Source: Auanema rhodensis
Lineage: Eukaryota; Animalia; Nematoda
Assembly (NCBI GenBank): GCA_964057225.1
Contig: OZ059898.1
Location: forward strand, 20,460,001 to 20,524,000
Direction of reading: 5' to 3'
DNA: 64,000 bases
Position 1 is the stretch's first letter. Each line of letters starts with the position of its first letter. Below the pieces are notes generated by a model that saw nothing but the letters and a program-made list of their open reading frames with translations, did not search any database and had not been told where the DNA came from. A program made the translations under genes and the position numbers. Below, piece after piece: positions 36,801 through 51,800 of the stretch.

Positions 36801-39800
36801 CTACATTGAGAAACGCTTAATACAAAAATTAGTTATGATCGTTTGAAAAATGATGCATTAGTGTATGTTGAGTTTCCATGTACACTCAACATTGCTTCCA
36901 AAAACATTTTGACAAAAATTTTTTCCAAAAATTTCAAAATAATTTAGCAAAAAGTAGATGTTTTTAGATTCCTTTTTTCAAGGCAAAGACGATGGACAAT
37001 GTTATTCAACGAAAAAATTAATTCTTCAGGGTGAAAATCGAGGATATAAGTGTGAACTTATATCAGTTGATATCTCGGTGCATTTTTAAGCTAGCGCAAA
37101 TCTGATAACACAGATCGACGCAGCTTAAAAATCCGCATCGAATGCACTATACTACATTGAGAAACGCTTAATACAAAAATTAGTTATGATCCCTTGAAAA
37201 ATGATGCATTAGTGTATGTTGAGTTTCCATGTACACTCAACAATGCTTCCAAAAACATTTTGACAAAAATTTTTTCGAAAAATTTCAAAATAATTCAGCA
37301 AAAAGTAGATGTTTTTAGATTCCTTTTTTCAAGGCAAAGACGATGGACAATGTTATTCAACGAAAAAATTAATTCTTCAGGGTGAAAATCGAGGATATAA
37401 GTGTGAACTTATATCAGTTGATATCTCGGTGCATTTTTAAGCTAGCGCAAATCTGATAACACAGATCGACGCAGCTTAAAAATCCGCATCGAATGCACTA
37501 TACTACATTGAGAAACGCTTAATACAAAAATTAGTTATGATCCTTTGAAAAATGATGCATTAGTGTATGTTGAGTTTCCATGTACACTCAACAATGCTTC
37601 CAAAAACATTTTGACAAAAATTTTTTCGAAAAATTTCAGAATAATTTAGCAAAAAGTAGATGTTTTTAGATTCCATTTTTCAAGGCAAAGACGATGGACA
37701 ATGTTATTCAACGAAAAAATTAATTCTTCAGGGTGAAAATCGAGGATATAAGTGTGAACTTATATCAGTTGATATCTCGGTGCATTTTTAAGCTAGCGCA
37801 AATCTGATAACACAGATCGACGCAGCTTAAAAATCCGCATCGAATGCACTATACTACATTGAGAAACGCTTAATACAAAAATTAGTTATGATCCTTTGAA
37901 AAATGATGCATTAGTGTATGTTGAGTTTCCATGTACACTCAACAATGCTTCCAAAAACATTTTGACAAAAATTTTTTCGAAAAATTTCAAAATAATTTAG
38001 CAAAAAGTAGATGTTTTTAGATTCCATTTTTCAAGGCAAAGACGATGGACAATGTTATTCAACGAAAAAATTATTCCTTCAGGGTGAAAATCGAGGATAT
38101 AAGTGTGAACTTATATCAGTTGATATCTCGGTGCATTTTTAAGCTAGCGCAAATCTGATAACACAGATCGACGCAGCTTAAAAATCCGCATCGAATGCAC
38201 TAAACTACATTGAGAAACGCTTAATACAGAAATTAGTTATGATCGTTTGAAAAATGATGCATTAGTGTATGTTGAGTTTCCATGTACACTCAACAATGCT
38301 TCCAAAAACATTTTGACAAAAATTTTTTCGAAAAATTTCAAAATAATTTAGCAAAAAGTAGATGTTTTTAGATTCCTTTTTTCAAGGCAAAGACGATGGA
38401 CAATGTTATTCAACGAAAAAATTATTCCTTCAGGGTGAAAATCGAGGATATAAGTGTGAACTTATATCAGTTGATATCTCGGTGCATTTTTAAGCTAGCG
38501 CAAATCTGATAACACAGATCGACGCAGCTTAAAAATCCGCATCGAATGCACTAAACTACATTGAGAAACGCTTGATACAAAAATTAGTTATGATCGTTTG
38601 AAAAATGATGCATTAGTGTATGTTGAGTTTCCATGTACACTTAACATTGCTTCCAAAAACATTTTGACAAAAATTTTTTCGAAAAATTTCAGAATAATTT
38701 AGCAAAAAGTAGATGTTTTTAGATTCCATTTTTCAAGGCAAAGACGATGGACAATGTTATTCAACGAAAAAATTAATTCTTCAGGGTGAAAATCGAGAAT
38801 ATAAGTGTGAACTTATATCAGTTGATATCTCGGTGCATTTTTAAGCTAGCGCAAATCTGATAACACAGATCGACGCAGCTTAAAAATCCGCATCGAATGC
38901 ACTATACTACATTGAGAAACGCTTAATACAAAAATTAGTTATGATCCTTTGAAAAATGATGCATTAGTGTATGTTGAGTTTCCATGTACACTCAACAATG
39001 CTTCCAAAAACATTTTGACAAAAATTTTTTCGAAAAATTTCAAAATAATTTAGCAAAAAGTAGATGTTTTTAGATTCCATTTTTCAAGGCAAAGACGATG
39101 GACAATGTTATTCAACGAAAAAATTAATTCTTCAGGGTGAAAATCGAGGATATAAGTGTGAACTTATATCAGTTGATATCTCGGTGCATTTTTAAGCTAG
39201 CGCAAATCTGATAACACAGATCGACGCAGCTTAAAAATCCGCATCGAATGCACTATACTACATTGAGAAACGCTTAATACAAAAATTAGTTATGATCCTT
39301 TGAAAAATGATGCATTAGTGTATGTTGAGTTTCCATGTACACTCAACAATGCTTCCAAAAACATTTTGACAAAAATTTTTTCGAAAAATTTCAAAATAAT
39401 TTAGCAAAAAGTAGATGTTTTTAGATTCCATTTTTCAAGGCAAAGACGATGGACAATGTTATTCAACGAAAAAATTATTCCTTCAGGGTGAAAATCGAGG
39501 ATATAAGTGTGAACTTATATCAGTTGATATCTCGGTGCATTTTTAAGCTAGCGCAAATCTGATAACACAGATCGACGCAGCTTAAAAATCCGCATCGAAT
39601 GCACTAAACTACATTGAGAAACGCTTAATACAGAAATTAGTTATGATCGTTTGAAAAATGATGCATTAGTGTATGTTGAGTTTCCATGTACACTCAACAA
39701 TGCTTCCAAAAACATTTTGACAAAAATTTTTTCGAAAAATTTCAAAATAATTTAGCAAAAAGTAGATGTTTTTAGATTCCTTTTTTCAAGGCAAAGACGA

Positions 39801-42800
39801 TGGACAATGTTATTCAACGAAAAAATTATTCCTTCAGGGTGAAAATCGAGGATATAAGTGTGAACTTATATCAGTTGATATCTCGGTGCATTTTTAAGCT
39901 AGCGCAAATCTGATAACACAGATCGACGCAGCTTAAAAATCCGCATCGAATGCACTAAACTACATTGAGAAACGCTTGATACAAAAATTAGTTATGATCG
40001 TTTGAAAAATGATGCATTAGTGTATGTTGAGTTTCCATGTACACTTAACATTGCTTCCAAAAACATTTTGACAAAAATTTTTTCGAAAAATTTCAGAATA
40101 ATTTAGCAAAAAGTAGATGTTTTTAGATTCCATTTTTCAAGGCAAAGACGATGGACAATGTTATTCAACGAAAAAATTAATTCTTCAGGGTGAGAATCGA
40201 GAATATAAGTGTGAACTTATATCAGTTGATATCTCGGTGCATTTTTAAGCTAGCGCAAATCTGATAACACAGATCGACGCAGCTTAAAAATCCGCATCGA
40301 ATGCACTATACTACATTGAGAAACGCTTAATACAAAAATTAGTTATGATCTTTTGAAAAATGATGCATTAGTGTATGTTGAGTTTCCATGTACACTCAAC
40401 AATGCTTCCAAAAACATTTTGACAAAAATTTTTTCGAAAAATTTCAAAATAATTTAGCAAAAAGTAGATGTTTTTAGATTCCATTTTTCAAGGCAAAGAC
40501 GATGGACAATGTTATTCAACGAAAAAATTAATTCTTCAGGGTGAAAATCGAGGATATAAGTGTGAACTTATATCAGTTGATATCTCGGTGCATTTTTAAG
40601 CTAGCGCAAATCTGATAACACAGATCGACGCAGCTTAAAAATCCGCATCGAATGCACTATACTACATTGAGAAACGCTTAATACAAAAATTAGTTATGAT
40701 CCCTTGAAAAATGATGCATTAGTGTATGTTGAGTTTCCATGTACACTCAACAATGCTTCCAAAAACATTTTGACAAAAATTTTTTCGAAAAATTTCAAAA
40801 TAATTCAGCAAAAAGTAGATGTTTTTAGTTTCCATTTTTCAAGGCAAAGACGATGGACAATGTTATTCAACGAAAAAATTAATTCTTCAGGGTGAAAATC
40901 GAGGATATAAGTGTGAACTTATATCAGTTGATATCTCGGTGCATTTTTAAGCTAGCGCAAATCTGATAACACAGATCGACGCAGCTTAAAAATCCGCATC
41001 GAATGCACTATACTACATTGAGAAACGCTTAATACAAAAATTAGTTATGATCGTTTGAAAAATGATGCATTAGTGTATGTTGAGTTTCCATGTACACTCA
41101 ACATTGCTTCCAAAAACATTTTGACAAAAATTTTTTCCAAAAATTTCAAAATAATTTAGCAAAACGTAGATGTTTTTAGATTCCTTTTTTCAAGGCAAAG
41201 ACGATGGACAATGTTATTCAACGAAAAAATTAATTCTTCAGGGTGAAAATCGAGGATATAAGTGTGAACTTATATCAGTTGATATCTCGGTGCATTTTTA
41301 AGCTAGCGCAAATCTGATAACACAGATCGACGCAGCTTAAAAATCCGCATCGAATGCACTATACTACATTGAGAAACGCTTAATACAAAAATTAGTTATG
41401 ATCCCTTGAAAAATGATGCATTAGTGTATGTTGAGTTTCCATGTACACTCAACAATGCTTCCAAAAACATTTTGACAAAAATTTTTTCGAAAAATTTCAA
41501 AATAATTCAGCAAAAAGTAGATGTTTTTAGATTCCTTTTTTCAAGGCAAAGACGATGGACAATGTTATTCAACGAAAAAATTAATTCTTCAGGGTGAAAA
41601 TCGAGGATATAAGTGTGAACTTATATCAGTTGATATCTCGGTGCATTTTTAAGCTAGCGCAAATCTGATAACACAGATCGACGCAGCTTAAAAATCCGCA
41701 TCGAATGCACTATACTACATTGAGAAACGCTTAATACAAAAATTAGTTATGATCCTTTGAAAAATGATGCATTAGTGTATGTTGAGTTTCCATGTACACT
41801 CAACAATGCTTCCAAAAACATTTTGACAAAAATTTTTTCGAAAAATTTCAGAATAATTTAGCAAAAAGTAGATGTTTTTAGATTCCATTTTTCAAGGCAA
41901 AGACGATGGACAATGTTATTCAACGAAAAAATTAATTCTTCAGGGTGAAAATCGAGGATATAAGTGTGAACTTATATCAGTTGATATCTCGGTGCATTTT
42001 TAAGCTAGCGCAAATCTGATAACACAGATCGACGCAGCTTAAAAATCCGCATCGAATGCACTATACTACATTGAGAAACGCTTAATACAAAAATTAGTTA
42101 TGATCCTTTGAAAAATGATGCATTAGTGTATGTTGAGTTTCCATGTACACTCAACAATGCTTCCAAAAACATTTTGACAAAAATTTTTTCGAAAAATTTC
42201 AAAATAATTTAGCAAAAAGTAGATGTTTTTAGATTCCATTTTTCAAGGCAAAGACGATGGACAATGTTATTCAACGAAAAAATTATTCCTTCAGGGTGAA
42301 AATCGAGGATATAAGTGTGAACTTATATCAGTTGATATCTCGGTGCATTTTTAAGCTAGCGCAAATCTGATAACACAGATCGACGCAGCTTAAAAATCCG
42401 CATCGAATGCACTAAACTACATTGAGAAACGCTTAATACAGAAATTAGTTATGATCGTTTGAAAAATGATGCATTAGTGTATGTTGAGTTTCCATGTACA
42501 CTCAACAATGCTTCCAAAAACATTTTGACAAAAATTTTTTCGAAAAATTTCAAAATAATTTAGCAAAAAGTAGATGTTTTTAGATTCCTTTTTTCAAGGC
42601 AAAGACGATGGACAATGTTATTCAACGAAAAAATTATTCCTTCAGGGTGAAAATCGAGGATATAAGTGTGAACTTATATCAGTTGATATCTCGGTGCATT
42701 TTTAAGCTAGCGCAAATCTGATAACACAGATCGACGCAGCTTAAAAATCCGCATCGAATGCACTAAACTACATTGAGAAACGCTTGATACAAAAATTAGT

Positions 42801-45800
42801 TATGATCGTTTGAAAAATGATGCATTAGTGTATGTTGAGTTTCCATGTACACTTAACATTGCTTCCAAAAACATTTTGACAAAAATTTTTTCGAAAAATT
42901 TCAGAATAATTTAGCAAAAAGTAGATGTTTTTAGATTCCATTTTTCAAGGCAAAGACGATGGACAATGTTATTCAACGAAAAAATTAATTCTTCAGGGTG
43001 AAAATCGAGAATATAAGTGTGAACTTATATCAGTTGATATCTCGGTGCATTTTTAAGCTAGCGCAAATCTGATAACACAGATCGACGCAGCTTAAAAATC
43101 CGCATCGAATGCACTATACTACATTGAGAAACGCTTAATACAAAAATTAGTTATGATCCTTTGAAAAATGATGCATTAGTGTATGTTGAGTTTCCATGTA
43201 CACTCAACAATGCTTCCAAAAACATTTTGACAAAAATTTTTTCGAAAAATTTCAAAATAATTTAGCAAAAAGTAGATGTTTTTAGATTCCATTTTTCAAG
43301 GCAAAGACGATGGACAATGTTATTCAACGAAAAAATTAATTCTTCAGGGTGAAAATCGAGGATATAAGTGTGAACTTATATCAGTTGATATCTCGGTGCA
43401 TTTTTAAGCTAGCGCAAATCTGATAACACAGATCGACGCAGCTTAAAAATCCGCATCGAATGCACTATACTACATTGAGAAACGCTTAATACAAAAATTA
43501 GTTATGATCCCTTGAAAAATGATGCATTAGTGTATGTTGAGTTTCCATGTACACTCAACAATGCTTCCAAAAACATTTTGACAAAAATTTTTTCGAAAAA
43601 TTTCAAAATAATTCAGCAAAAAGTAGATGTTTTTAGATTCCATTTTTCAAGGCAAAGACGATGGACAATGTTATTCAACGAAAAAATTAATTCTTCAGGG
43701 TGAAAATCGAGGATATAAGTGTGAACTTATATCAGTTGATATCTCGGTGCATTTTTAAGCTAGCGCAAATCTGATAACACAGATCGACGCAGCTTAAAAA
43801 TCCGCATCGAATGCACTATACTACATTGAGAAACGCTTAATACAAAAATTAGTTATGATCGTTTGAAAAATGATGCATTAGTGTATGTTGAGTTTCCATG
43901 TACACTCAACATTGCTTCCAAAAACATTTTGACAAAAATTTTTTCCAAAAATTTCAAAATAATTTAGCAAAAAGTAGATGTTTTTAGATTCCTTTTTTCA
44001 AGGCAAAGACGATGGACAATGTTATTCAACGAAAAAATTAATTCTTCAGGGTGAAAATCGAGGATATAAGTGTGAACTTATATCAGTTGATATCTCGGTG
44101 CATTTTTAAGCTAGCGCAAATCTGATAACACAGATCGACGCAGCTTAAAAATCCGCATCGAATGCACTATACTACATTGAGAAACGCTTAATACAAAAAT
44201 TAGTTATGATCCCTTGAAAAATGATGCATTAGTGTATGTTGAGTTTCCATGTACACTCAACAATGCTTCCAAAAACATTTTGACAAAAATTTTTTCGAAA
44301 AATTTCAAAATAATTCAGCAAAAAGTAGATGTTTTTAGATTCCTTTTTTCAAGGCAAAGACGATGGACAATGTTATTCAACGAAAAAATTAATTCTTCAG
44401 GGTGAAAATCGAGGATATAAGTGTGAACTTATATCAGTTGATATCTCGGTGCATTTTTAAGCTAGCGCAAATCTGATAACACAGATCGACGCAGCTTAAA
44501 AATCCGCATCGAATGCACTATACTACATTGAGAAACGCTTAATACAAAAATTAGTTATGATCGTTTGAAAAATGATGCATTAGTGTATGTTGAGTTTCCA
44601 TGTACACTCAACATTGCTTCCAAAAACATTTTGACAAAAATTTTTTCCAAAAATTTCAAAATAATTTAGCAAAAAGTAGATGTTTTTAGATTCCTTTTTT
44701 CAAGGCAAAGACGATGGACAATGTTATTCAACGAAAAAATTAATTCTTCAGGGTGAAAATCGAGGATATAAGTGTGAACTTATATCAGTTGATATCTCGG
44801 TGCATTTTTAAGCTAGCGCAAATCTGATAACACAGATCGACGCAGCTTAAAAATCCGCATCGAATGCACTATACTACATTGAGAAACGCTTAATACAAAA
44901 ATTAGTTATGATCCCTTGAAAAATGATGCATTAGTGTATGTTGAGTTTCCATGTACACTCAACAATGCTTCCAAAAACATTTTGACAAAAATTTTTTCGA
45001 AAAATTTCAAAATAATTCAGCAAAAAGTAGATGTTTTTAGATTCCTTTTTTCAAGGCAAAGACGATGGACAATGTTATTCAACGAAAAAATTATTCCTTC
45101 AGGGTGAAAATCGAGGATATAAGTGTGAACTTATATCAGTTGATATCTCGGTGCATTTTTAAGCTAGCGCAAATCTGATAACACAGATCGACGCAGCTTA
45201 AAAATCCGCATCGAATGCACTATACTACATTGAGAAACGCTTAATACAAAAATTAGTTATGATCGTTTGAAAAATGATGCATTAGTGTATGTTGAGTTTC
45301 CATGTACACTCAACATTGCTTCCAAAAACATTTTAACAAAAATTTTTTCGAAAAATTTCAAAATAATTTAGCAAAAAGTAGATGTTTTTAGATTCCATTT
45401 TTCAAGGCAAAGACGATGGACAATGTTATTCAACGAAAAAATTATTCCTTCAGGGTGAAAATCGAGGATATAAGTGTGAACTTATATCAGTTGATATCTC
45501 GGTGCATTTTTAAGCTAGCGCAAATCTGATAACACAGATCGACGCAGCTTAAAAATCCGCATCGAATGCACTAAACTACATTGAGAAACGCTTGATACAA
45601 AAATTAGTTATGATCGTTTGAAAAATGATGCATTAGTGTATGTTGAGTTTCCATGTACACTCAACATTGCTTCCAAAAACATTTTGACAAAAATTTTTTC
45701 GAAAAATTTCAGAATAATTTAGCAAAAAGTAAATGTTTTTAGATTCCATTTTTCAAGGCAAAGACGATGGACAATGTTATTCAACGAAAAAATTAATTCT

Positions 45801-48800
45801 TCAGGGTGAAAATCGAGAATATAAGTGTGAACTTATATCAGTTGATATCTCGGTGCATTTTTAAGCTAGCGCAAATCTGATAACACAGATCGACGCAGCT
45901 TAAAAATCCGCATCGAATGCACTATACTACATTGAGAAACGCTTAATACAAAAATTAGTTATGATCGTTTGAAAAATGATGCATTAGTGTATGTTGAGTT
46001 TCCATGTACACTCAACATTGCTTCCAAAAACATTTTGACAAAAATTTTTTCCAAAAATTTCAAAATAATTTAGCAAAAAGTAGATGTTTTTAGATTCCTT
46101 TTTTCAAGGCAAAGACGATGGACAATGTTATTCAACGAAAAAATTAATTCTTCAGGGTGAAAATCGAGGATATAAGTGTGAACTTATATCAGTTGATATC
46201 TCGGTGCATTTTTAAGCTAGCGCAAATCTGATAACACAGATCGACGCAGCTTAAAAATCCGCATCGAATGCACTATACTACATTGAGAAACGCTTAATAC
46301 AAAAATTAGTTATGATCCCTTGAAAAATGATGCATTAGTGTATGTTGAGTTTCCATGTACACTCAACAATGCTTCCAAAAACATTTTGACAAAAATTTTT
46401 TCGAAAAATTTCAAAATAATTCAGCAAAAAGTAGATGTTTTTAGATTCCTTTTTTCAAGGCAAAGACGATGGACAATGTTATTCAACGAAAAAATTATTC
46501 CTTCAGGGTGAAAATCGAGGATATAAGTGTGAACTTATATCAGTTGATATCTCGGTGCATTTTTAAGCTAGCGCAAATCTGATAACACAGATCGACGCAG
46601 CTTAAAAATCCGCATCGAATGCACTAAACTACATTGAGAAACGCTTAATACAGAAATTAGTTATGATCGTTTGAAAAATGATGCATTAGTGTATGTTGAG
46701 TTTCCATGTACACTCAACAATGCTTCCAAAAACATTTTGACAAAAATTTTTTCGAAAAATTTCAAAATAATTTAGCAAAAAGTAGATGTTTTTAGATTCC
46801 ATTTTTCAAGGCAAAGACGATGGACAATGTTATTCAACGAAAAAATTATTCCTTCAGGGTGAAAATCGAGGATATAAGTGTGAACTTATATCAGTTGATA
46901 TCTCGGTGCATTTTTAAGCTAGCGCAAATCTGATAACACAGATCGACGCAGCTTAAAAATCCGCATCGAATGCACTAAACTACATTGAGAAACGCTTGAT
47001 ACAAAAATTAGTTATGATCGTTTGAAAAATGATGCATTAGTGTATGTTGAGTTTCCATGTACACTCAACATTGCTTCCAAAAACATTTTGACAAAAATTT
47101 TTTCGAAAAATTTCAGAATAATTTAGCAAAAAGTAAATGTTTTTAGATTCCATTTTTCAAGGCAAAGACGATGGACAATGTTATTCAACGAAAAAATTAA
47201 TTCTTCAGGGTGAAAATCGAGAATATAAGTGTGAACTTATATCAGTTGATATCTCGGTGCATTTTTAAGCTAGCGCAAATCTGATAACACAGATCGACGC
47301 AGCTTAAAAATCCGCATCGAATGCACTATACTACATTGAGAAACGCTTAATACAAAAATTAGTTATGATCGTTTGAAAAATGATGCATTAGTGTATGTTG
47401 AGTTTCCATGTACACTCAACATTGCTTCCAAAAACATTTTGACAAAAATTTTTTCCAAAAATTTCAAAATAATTTAGCAAAAAGTAGATGTTTTTAGATT
47501 CCTTTTTTCAAGGCAAAGACGATGGACAATGTTATTCAACGAAAAAATTAATTCTTCAGGGTGAAAATCGAGGATATAAGTGTGAACTTATATCAGTTGA
47601 TATCTCGGTGCATTTTTAAGCTAGCGCAAATCTGATAACACAGATCGACGCAGCTGAAAAATCCGCATCGAATGCACTATACTACATTGAGAAACGCTTA
47701 ATACAAAAATTAGTTATGATCGTTTGAAAAATGATGCATTAGTGTATGTTGAGTTTCCATGTACACTCAACATTGCTTCCAAAAACATTTTGACAAAAAT
47801 TTTTTCGAAAAATTTCAAAATAATTTAGCAAAAAGTAGATGTTTTTAGATTCCATTTTTCAAGGCAAAGACGATGGACAATGTTATTCAACGAAAAAATT
47901 ATTCCTTCAGGGTGAAAATCGAGGATATAAGTGTGAACTTATATCAGTTGATATCTCGGTGCATTTTTAAGCTAGCGCAAATCTGATAACACAGATCGAC
48001 GCAGCTTAAAAATCCGCATCGAATGCACTAAACTACATTGAGAAACGCTTGATACAAAAATTAGTTATGATCGTTTGAAAAATGATGCATTAGTGTATGT
48101 TGAGTTTCCATGTACACTTAACATTGCTTCCAAAAACATTTTGACAAAAATTTTTTCGAAAAATTTCAGAATAATTTAGCAAAAAGTAGATGTTTTTAGA
48201 TTCCATTTTTCAAGGCAAAGACGATGGACAATGTTATTCAACGAAAAAATTAATTCTTCAGGGTGAAAATCGAGAATATAAGTGTGAACTTATATCAGTT
48301 GATATCTCGGTGCATTTTTAAGCTAGCGCAAATCTGATAACACAGATCGACGCAGCTTAAAAATCCGCATCGAATGCACTATACTACATTGAGAAACGCT
48401 TAATACAAAAATTAGTTATGATCCTTTGAAAAATGATGCATTAGTGTATGTTGAGTTTCCATGTACACTCAACAATGCTTCCAAAAACATTTTGACAAAA
48501 ATTTTTTCGAAAAATTTCAAAATAATTTAGCAAAAAGTAGATGTTTTTAGATTCCATTTTTCAAGGCAAAGACGATGGACAATGTTATTCAACGAAAAAA
48601 TTATTCCTTCAGGGTGAAAATCGAGGATATAAGTGTGAACTTATATCAGTTGATATCTCGGTGCATTTTTAAGCTAGCGCAAATCTGATAACACAGATCG
48701 ACGCAGCTTAAAAATCCGCATCGAATGCACTAAACTACATTGAGAAACGCTTGATACAAAAATTAGTTATGATCGTTTGAAAAATGATGCATTAGTGTAT

Positions 48801-51800
48801 GTTGAGTTTCCATGTACACTTAACATTGCTTCCAAAAACATTTTGACAAAAATTTTTTCGAAAAATTTCAGAATAATTTAGCAAAAAGTAGATGTTTTTA
48901 GATTCCATTTTTCAAGGCAAAGACGATGGACAATGTTATTCAACGAAAAAATTAATTCTTCAGGGTGAAAATCGAGAATATAAGTGTGAACTTATATCAG
49001 TTGATATCTCGGTGCATTTTTAAGCTAGCGCAAATCTGATAACACAGATCGACGCAGCTTAAAAATCCGCATCGAATGCACTATACTACATTGAGAAACG
49101 CTTAATACAAAAATTAGTTATGATCCTTTGAAAAATGATGCATTAGTGTATGTTGAGTTTCCATGTACACTCAACAATGCTTCCAAAAACATTTTGACAA
49201 AAATTTTTTCGAAAAATTTCAAAATAATTTAGCAAAAAGTAGATGTTTTTAGATTCCATTTTTCAAGGCAAAGACGATGGACAATGTTATTCAACGAAAA
49301 AATTAATTCTTCAGGGTGAAAATCGAGGATATAAGTGTGAACTTATATCAGTTGATATCTCGGTGCATTTTTAAGCTAGCGCAAATCTGATAACACAGAT
49401 CGACGCAGCTTAAAAATCCGCATCGAATGCACTATACAACATTGAGAAACGCTTAATACAAAAATTAGTTATGATCCTTTGAAAAATGATGCATTAGTGT
49501 ATGTTGAGTTTCCATGTACACTCAACAATGCTTCCAAAAACATTTTGACAAAAATTTTTTCGAAAAATTTCAAAATAATTTAGCAAAAAGTAGATGTTTT
49601 TAGATTCCATTTTTCAAGGCAAAGACGATGGACAATGTTATTCAACGAAAAAATTATTCCTTCAGGGTGAAAATCGAGGATATAAGTGTGAACTTATATC
49701 AGTTGATATCTCGGTGCATTTTTAAGCTAGCGCAAATCTGATAACACAGATCGACGCAGCTTAAAAATCCGCATCGAATGCACTAAACTACATTGAGAAA
49801 CGCTTAATACAGAAATTAGTTATGATCGTTTGAAAAATGATGCATTAGTGTATGTTGAGTTTCCATGTACACTCAACAATGCTTCCAAAAACATTTTGAC
49901 AAAAATTTTTTCGAAAAATTTCAAAATAATTTAGCAAAAAGTAGATGTTTTTAGATTCCTTTTTTCAAGGCAAAGACGATGGACAATGTTATTCAACGAA
50001 AAAATTATTCCTTCAGGGTGAAAATCGAGGATATAAGTGTGAACTTATATCAGTTGATATCTCGGTGCATTTTTAAGCTAGCGCAAATCTGATAACACAG
50101 ATCGACGCAGCTTAAAAATCCGCATCGAATGCACTAAACTACATTGAGAAACGCTTGATACAAAAATTAGTTATGATCGTTTGAAAAATGATGCATTAGT
50201 GTATGTTGAGTTTCCATGTACACTTAACATTGCTTCCAAAAACATTTTGACAAAAATTTTTTCGAAAAATTTCAGAATAATTTAGCAAAAAGTAGATGTT
50301 TTTAGATTCCATTTTTCAAGGCAAAGACGATGGACAATGTTATTCAACGAAAAAATTAATTCTTCAGGGTGAAAATCGAGAATATAAGTGTGAACTTATA
50401 TCAGTTGATATCTCGGTGCATTTTTAAGCTAGCGCAAATCTGATAACACAGATCGACGCAGCTTAAAAATCCGCATCGAATGCACTAAACTACATTGAGA
50501 AACGCTTAATACAGAAATTAGTTATGATCGTTTGAAAAATGATGCATTAGTGTATGTTGAGTTTCCATGTACACTCAACAATGCTTCCAAAAACATTTTG
50601 ACAAAAATTTTTTCGAAAAATTTCAAAATAATTTAGCAAAAAGTAGATGTTTTTAGATTCCTTTTTTCAAGGCAAAGACGATGGACAATGTTATTCAACG
50701 AAAAAATTATTCCTTCAGGGTGAAAATCGAGGATATAAGTGTGAACTTATATCAGTTGATATCTCGGTGCATTTTTAAGCTAGCGCAAATCTGATAACAC
50801 AGATCGACGCAGCTTAAAAATCCGCATCGAATGCACTATACTACATTGAGAAACGCTTAATACAAAAATTAGTTATGATCGTTTGAAAAATGATGCATTA
50901 GTGTATGTTGAGTTTCCATGTACACTCAACATTGCTTCCAAAAACATTTTGACAAAAATTTTTTCGAAAAATTTCAAAATAATTTAGCAAAAAGTAGATG
51001 TTTTTAGATTCCTTTTTTCAAGGCAAAGACGATGGACAATGTTATTCAACGAAAAAATTAATTCTTCAGGGTGAAAATCGAGGATATAAGTGTGAACTTA
51101 TATCAGTTGATATCTCGGTGCATGCATTTTTAAGCTAGCGCAAATCTGATAACACAGATCGACGCAGCTTAAAAATCCGCATCGAATGCATTATACTACA
51201 TTGAGAAACGCTTAATACAAAAATTAGTTATGATCCCTTGAAAAATGATGCATTAGTGTATGTTGAGTTTCCATGTACACTCAACATTGCTTCCAAAAAC
51301 ATTTTGACAAAAATTTTTTCGAAAAATTTCAGAATAATTTAGCAAAAAGTAGATGTTTTTAGATTCCATTTTTCAAGGCAAAGACGATGGACAATGTTAT
51401 TCAACGAAAAAATTAATTCTTCAGGGTGAAAATCGAGAATATAAGTGTGAACTTATATCAGTTGATATCTCGGTGCATTTTTAAGCTAGCGCAAATCTGA
51501 TAACACAGATCGACGCAGCTTAAAAATCCGCATCGAATGCACTATACTACATTGAGAAACGCTTAATACAAAAATTAGTTATGATCGTTTGAAAAATGAT
51601 GCATTAGTGTATGTTGAGTTTCCATGTACACTCAACATTGCTTCCAAAAACATTTTGACAAAAATTTTTTCGAAAAATTTCAGAATAATTTAGCAAAAAG
51701 TAGAAGTTTTTAGATTCCATTTTTCAAGGCAAAGACGATGGACAATGTTATTCAACGAAAAAATTAATTCTTCAGGGTGAAAATCGAGAATATAAGTGTG

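Noticed and set aside
26313-46511. Fifteen 63-aa ORFs as a tandem gene family
   Set aside because: They have a TTG start, lie wholly inside satellite monomers, arise from a single stop-loss variant and show no recognisable protein features.
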